From Gemmatimonadota bacterium (GTDB taxonomy: Bacteria > Gemmatimonadota > Gemmatimonadetes > Gemmatimonadales > GWC2-71-9): a stretch of 64,000 nt of DNA. Position numbers and translations under genes: made by a program. The stretch is from contig JBDHAF010000019.1 in NCBI GenBank assembly GCA_039588255.1, positions 3,101 to 67,100 of the forward strand. The letters run 5' to 3'. The notes beneath the pieces are model-generated. The model was given only the letters and a program-made list of their open reading frames with translations, was not told the origin of the DNA and ran no database searches. This document shows, in pieces, positions 62,717-64,000 of the stretch; the stretch's first letter is position 1, and each line of letters begins with the position of its first letter.

Positions 62717-64000
62717 ATGTCGAGCATACGCAACCGGTTGATCTTCATTCTGGTCTTGGTCTCCTTGGCGGGATGGGGCCTCCGGCCCCGCCAGGTGAGC
62801 GTGGGCTCCGCCGAGGACGGCGCGGATTCCACAGAGACTCAATGGGGACTCAACCTGGGTCTCGATCTGCAGGGGGGCATGCACCTCGCTGTGGAAATCG
62901 ACCAGAGCGGCGGCCCAGTGAGCAACCCGGAAGACGCCCTCGACCGCGCGGAGACGGTCATCCGGAGCCGCATCGACGAGTTCGGCGTCGCCGAGCCTCT
63001 CATTCAGAAGGTGGGGGCCGACCGGATCATCATCCAGCTCCCGGGCATCGACGACCCTGAGCGGGCTAAGCAGATCGTGGAGCGATCGGCCTTTCTGGAA
63101 TTCCGTATCACCGACATGCAGGGCCTGTTCGAGGGATCCTTCGACCGGATTGACCGGGCGCTCCAGAGCGCCGGCGTCACGGTGGGAGAGGACACCACCG
63201 CCTCGGCTGCTGGGGGACAGACGGCCTTCCAGCAGCTCCTCGGCGCCGCCACCGACACCACGACGCAGGTGGAGGATTCCGCCGCGGTCACCGACTCCAT
63301 GGAAGTGGGGGCCGAAATCCCGGTGACGGACGCCGTGTTCACCCAGTTTCTAAGAGTCGGCCAGATTCAGGGCGAGTGGTTCGTCGCGGAGGAGGACTTT
63401 CCCCGTGTCGCCGAGCTGATGGAACACGAGGAGTTCCTGCGCAACGTTCCGCGCGGCATCGATCTGCTGTGGGGCAGGGAGCCCATGTCCCTCGCGGGAC
63501 GATTGTATCGCGGCCTCTACGCGGTGGAGTCCCGCCCGATCATCACCGGTGAGCGTCTCGCCGACGCCCAGGCGCAACTCGATCCCGTATTCAACCAAGC
63601 AGTGGTCAACTTCCAGTTGACCCGGTCCGGTGGAAGGATTTTTGGGCGGGCGACGGCGGAACACGTCAACGATTACATGGCCATCGTGCTGGATGGACGG
63701 GTGCAGGGCCAGCCGCCGGTCATTCGAAGCCAGATCCGGCGGCGCGGCCAGATTGAGCTGGGAAGCGCCAGCATTCAGGACGCTCAGGACTTGGCCCTCG
63801 TGTTGCGGGCGGGGGCGCTGCCGGCCCCCATCCAGATCGTGGAAGAGCGAACCGTCGGAGCGAGCCTCGGGGAAGACTCGATTCGGGCCGGCCGTTTGGC
63901 CGGGATCGTAGCCATCGCCCTGGTCGTGGGCATCGTGGCCGTCTACTACCGGTGGGCCGGTCTGCTGGCGGTCGCCGCCTTGGGGTTCTACGTGCTGTTC
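62717..64000 (+). CDS. secD: protein translocase subunit SecD (5' partial; runs off the window)
   Basis: It is not in the ORF track because no stop is reached. Manual translation from ATG 62717 gives MSSIRNRLIFILVLVSLAGW...LGLDLQGGMHLAVEI...RIDEFGVAEPLIQKVGADRIIIQLPGIDDPERAKQIVERSAFLEFRI... and later GASLGEDSIRAGRLAGIVAIALV. Confidence 0.85.
   Translation, partial: MSSIRNRLIFILVLVSLAGWGLRPRQVSVGSAEDGADSTETQWGLNLGLDLQGGMHLAVEIDQSGGPVSNPEDALDRAETVIRSRIDEFGVAEPLIQKVGADRIIIQLPGIDDPERAKQIVERSAFLEFRITDMQGLFEGSFDRIDRALQSAGVTVGEDTTASAAGGQTAFQQLLGAATDTTTQVEDSAAVTDSMEVGAEIPVTDAVFTQFLRVGQIQGEWFVAEEDFPRVAELMEHEEFLRNVPRGIDLLWGREPMSLAGRLYRGLYAVESRPIITGERLADAQAQLDPVFNQAVVNFQLTRSGGRIFGRATAEHVNDYMAIVLDGRVQGQPPVIRSQIRRRGQIELGSASIQDAQDLALVLRAGALPAPIQIVEERTVGASLGEDSIRAGRLAGIVAIALVVGIVAVYYRWAGLLAVAALGFYVLF

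Overview
High-GC bacterial chromosomal segment, densely packed and made almost entirely of core housekeeping genes, mostly on the + strand. In order: icd, pepA, a TonB-dependent-receptor-like OMP, yicC-gmk-rpoZ-coaBC-udg-dnaB-radA-ispD-tsaC-PTP-aroE-comF, gap-pgk-tpiA-secG-carA, an HU/IHF-like gene, moaDE, trmL, mdh-sdhCAB, groESL with a CIRCE operator, serS, a sensor kinase, a uvrD/pcrA-type helicase, gatCAB, murA-pgeF, rimP-nusA-L7Ae-infB-DUF503-rbfA/truB-ribF, and the start of secD. Many neighbours are joined by ATGA/GTGA start-stop overlaps. I recognised no rRNA, tRNA, CRISPR array, transposase, integrase or multi-gene defence-like system, so I cannot support a new 'system' here. Five things deserve a second look. 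(1) A CMD/AhpD-family gene is interrupted by an in-frame TGA exactly at the second Cys of its CxxC motif, with a hairpin just downstream, making it a selenocysteine candidate. (2) A family of ~112-nt imperfect palindromic repeats has 3.5 copies within 1.5 kb after sdhB. (3) A queD remnant with an internal deletion plus frameshift is bracketed by inverted copies of that repeat. (4) rbfA and truB form one seamless in-frame fusion ORF that lacks the RbfA C-terminus. (5) MurA carries Asp at the fosfomycin-target Cys position. Lineage cannot be determined without a search. All family calls rest on motif recognition from the translated ORFs, not on database hits.
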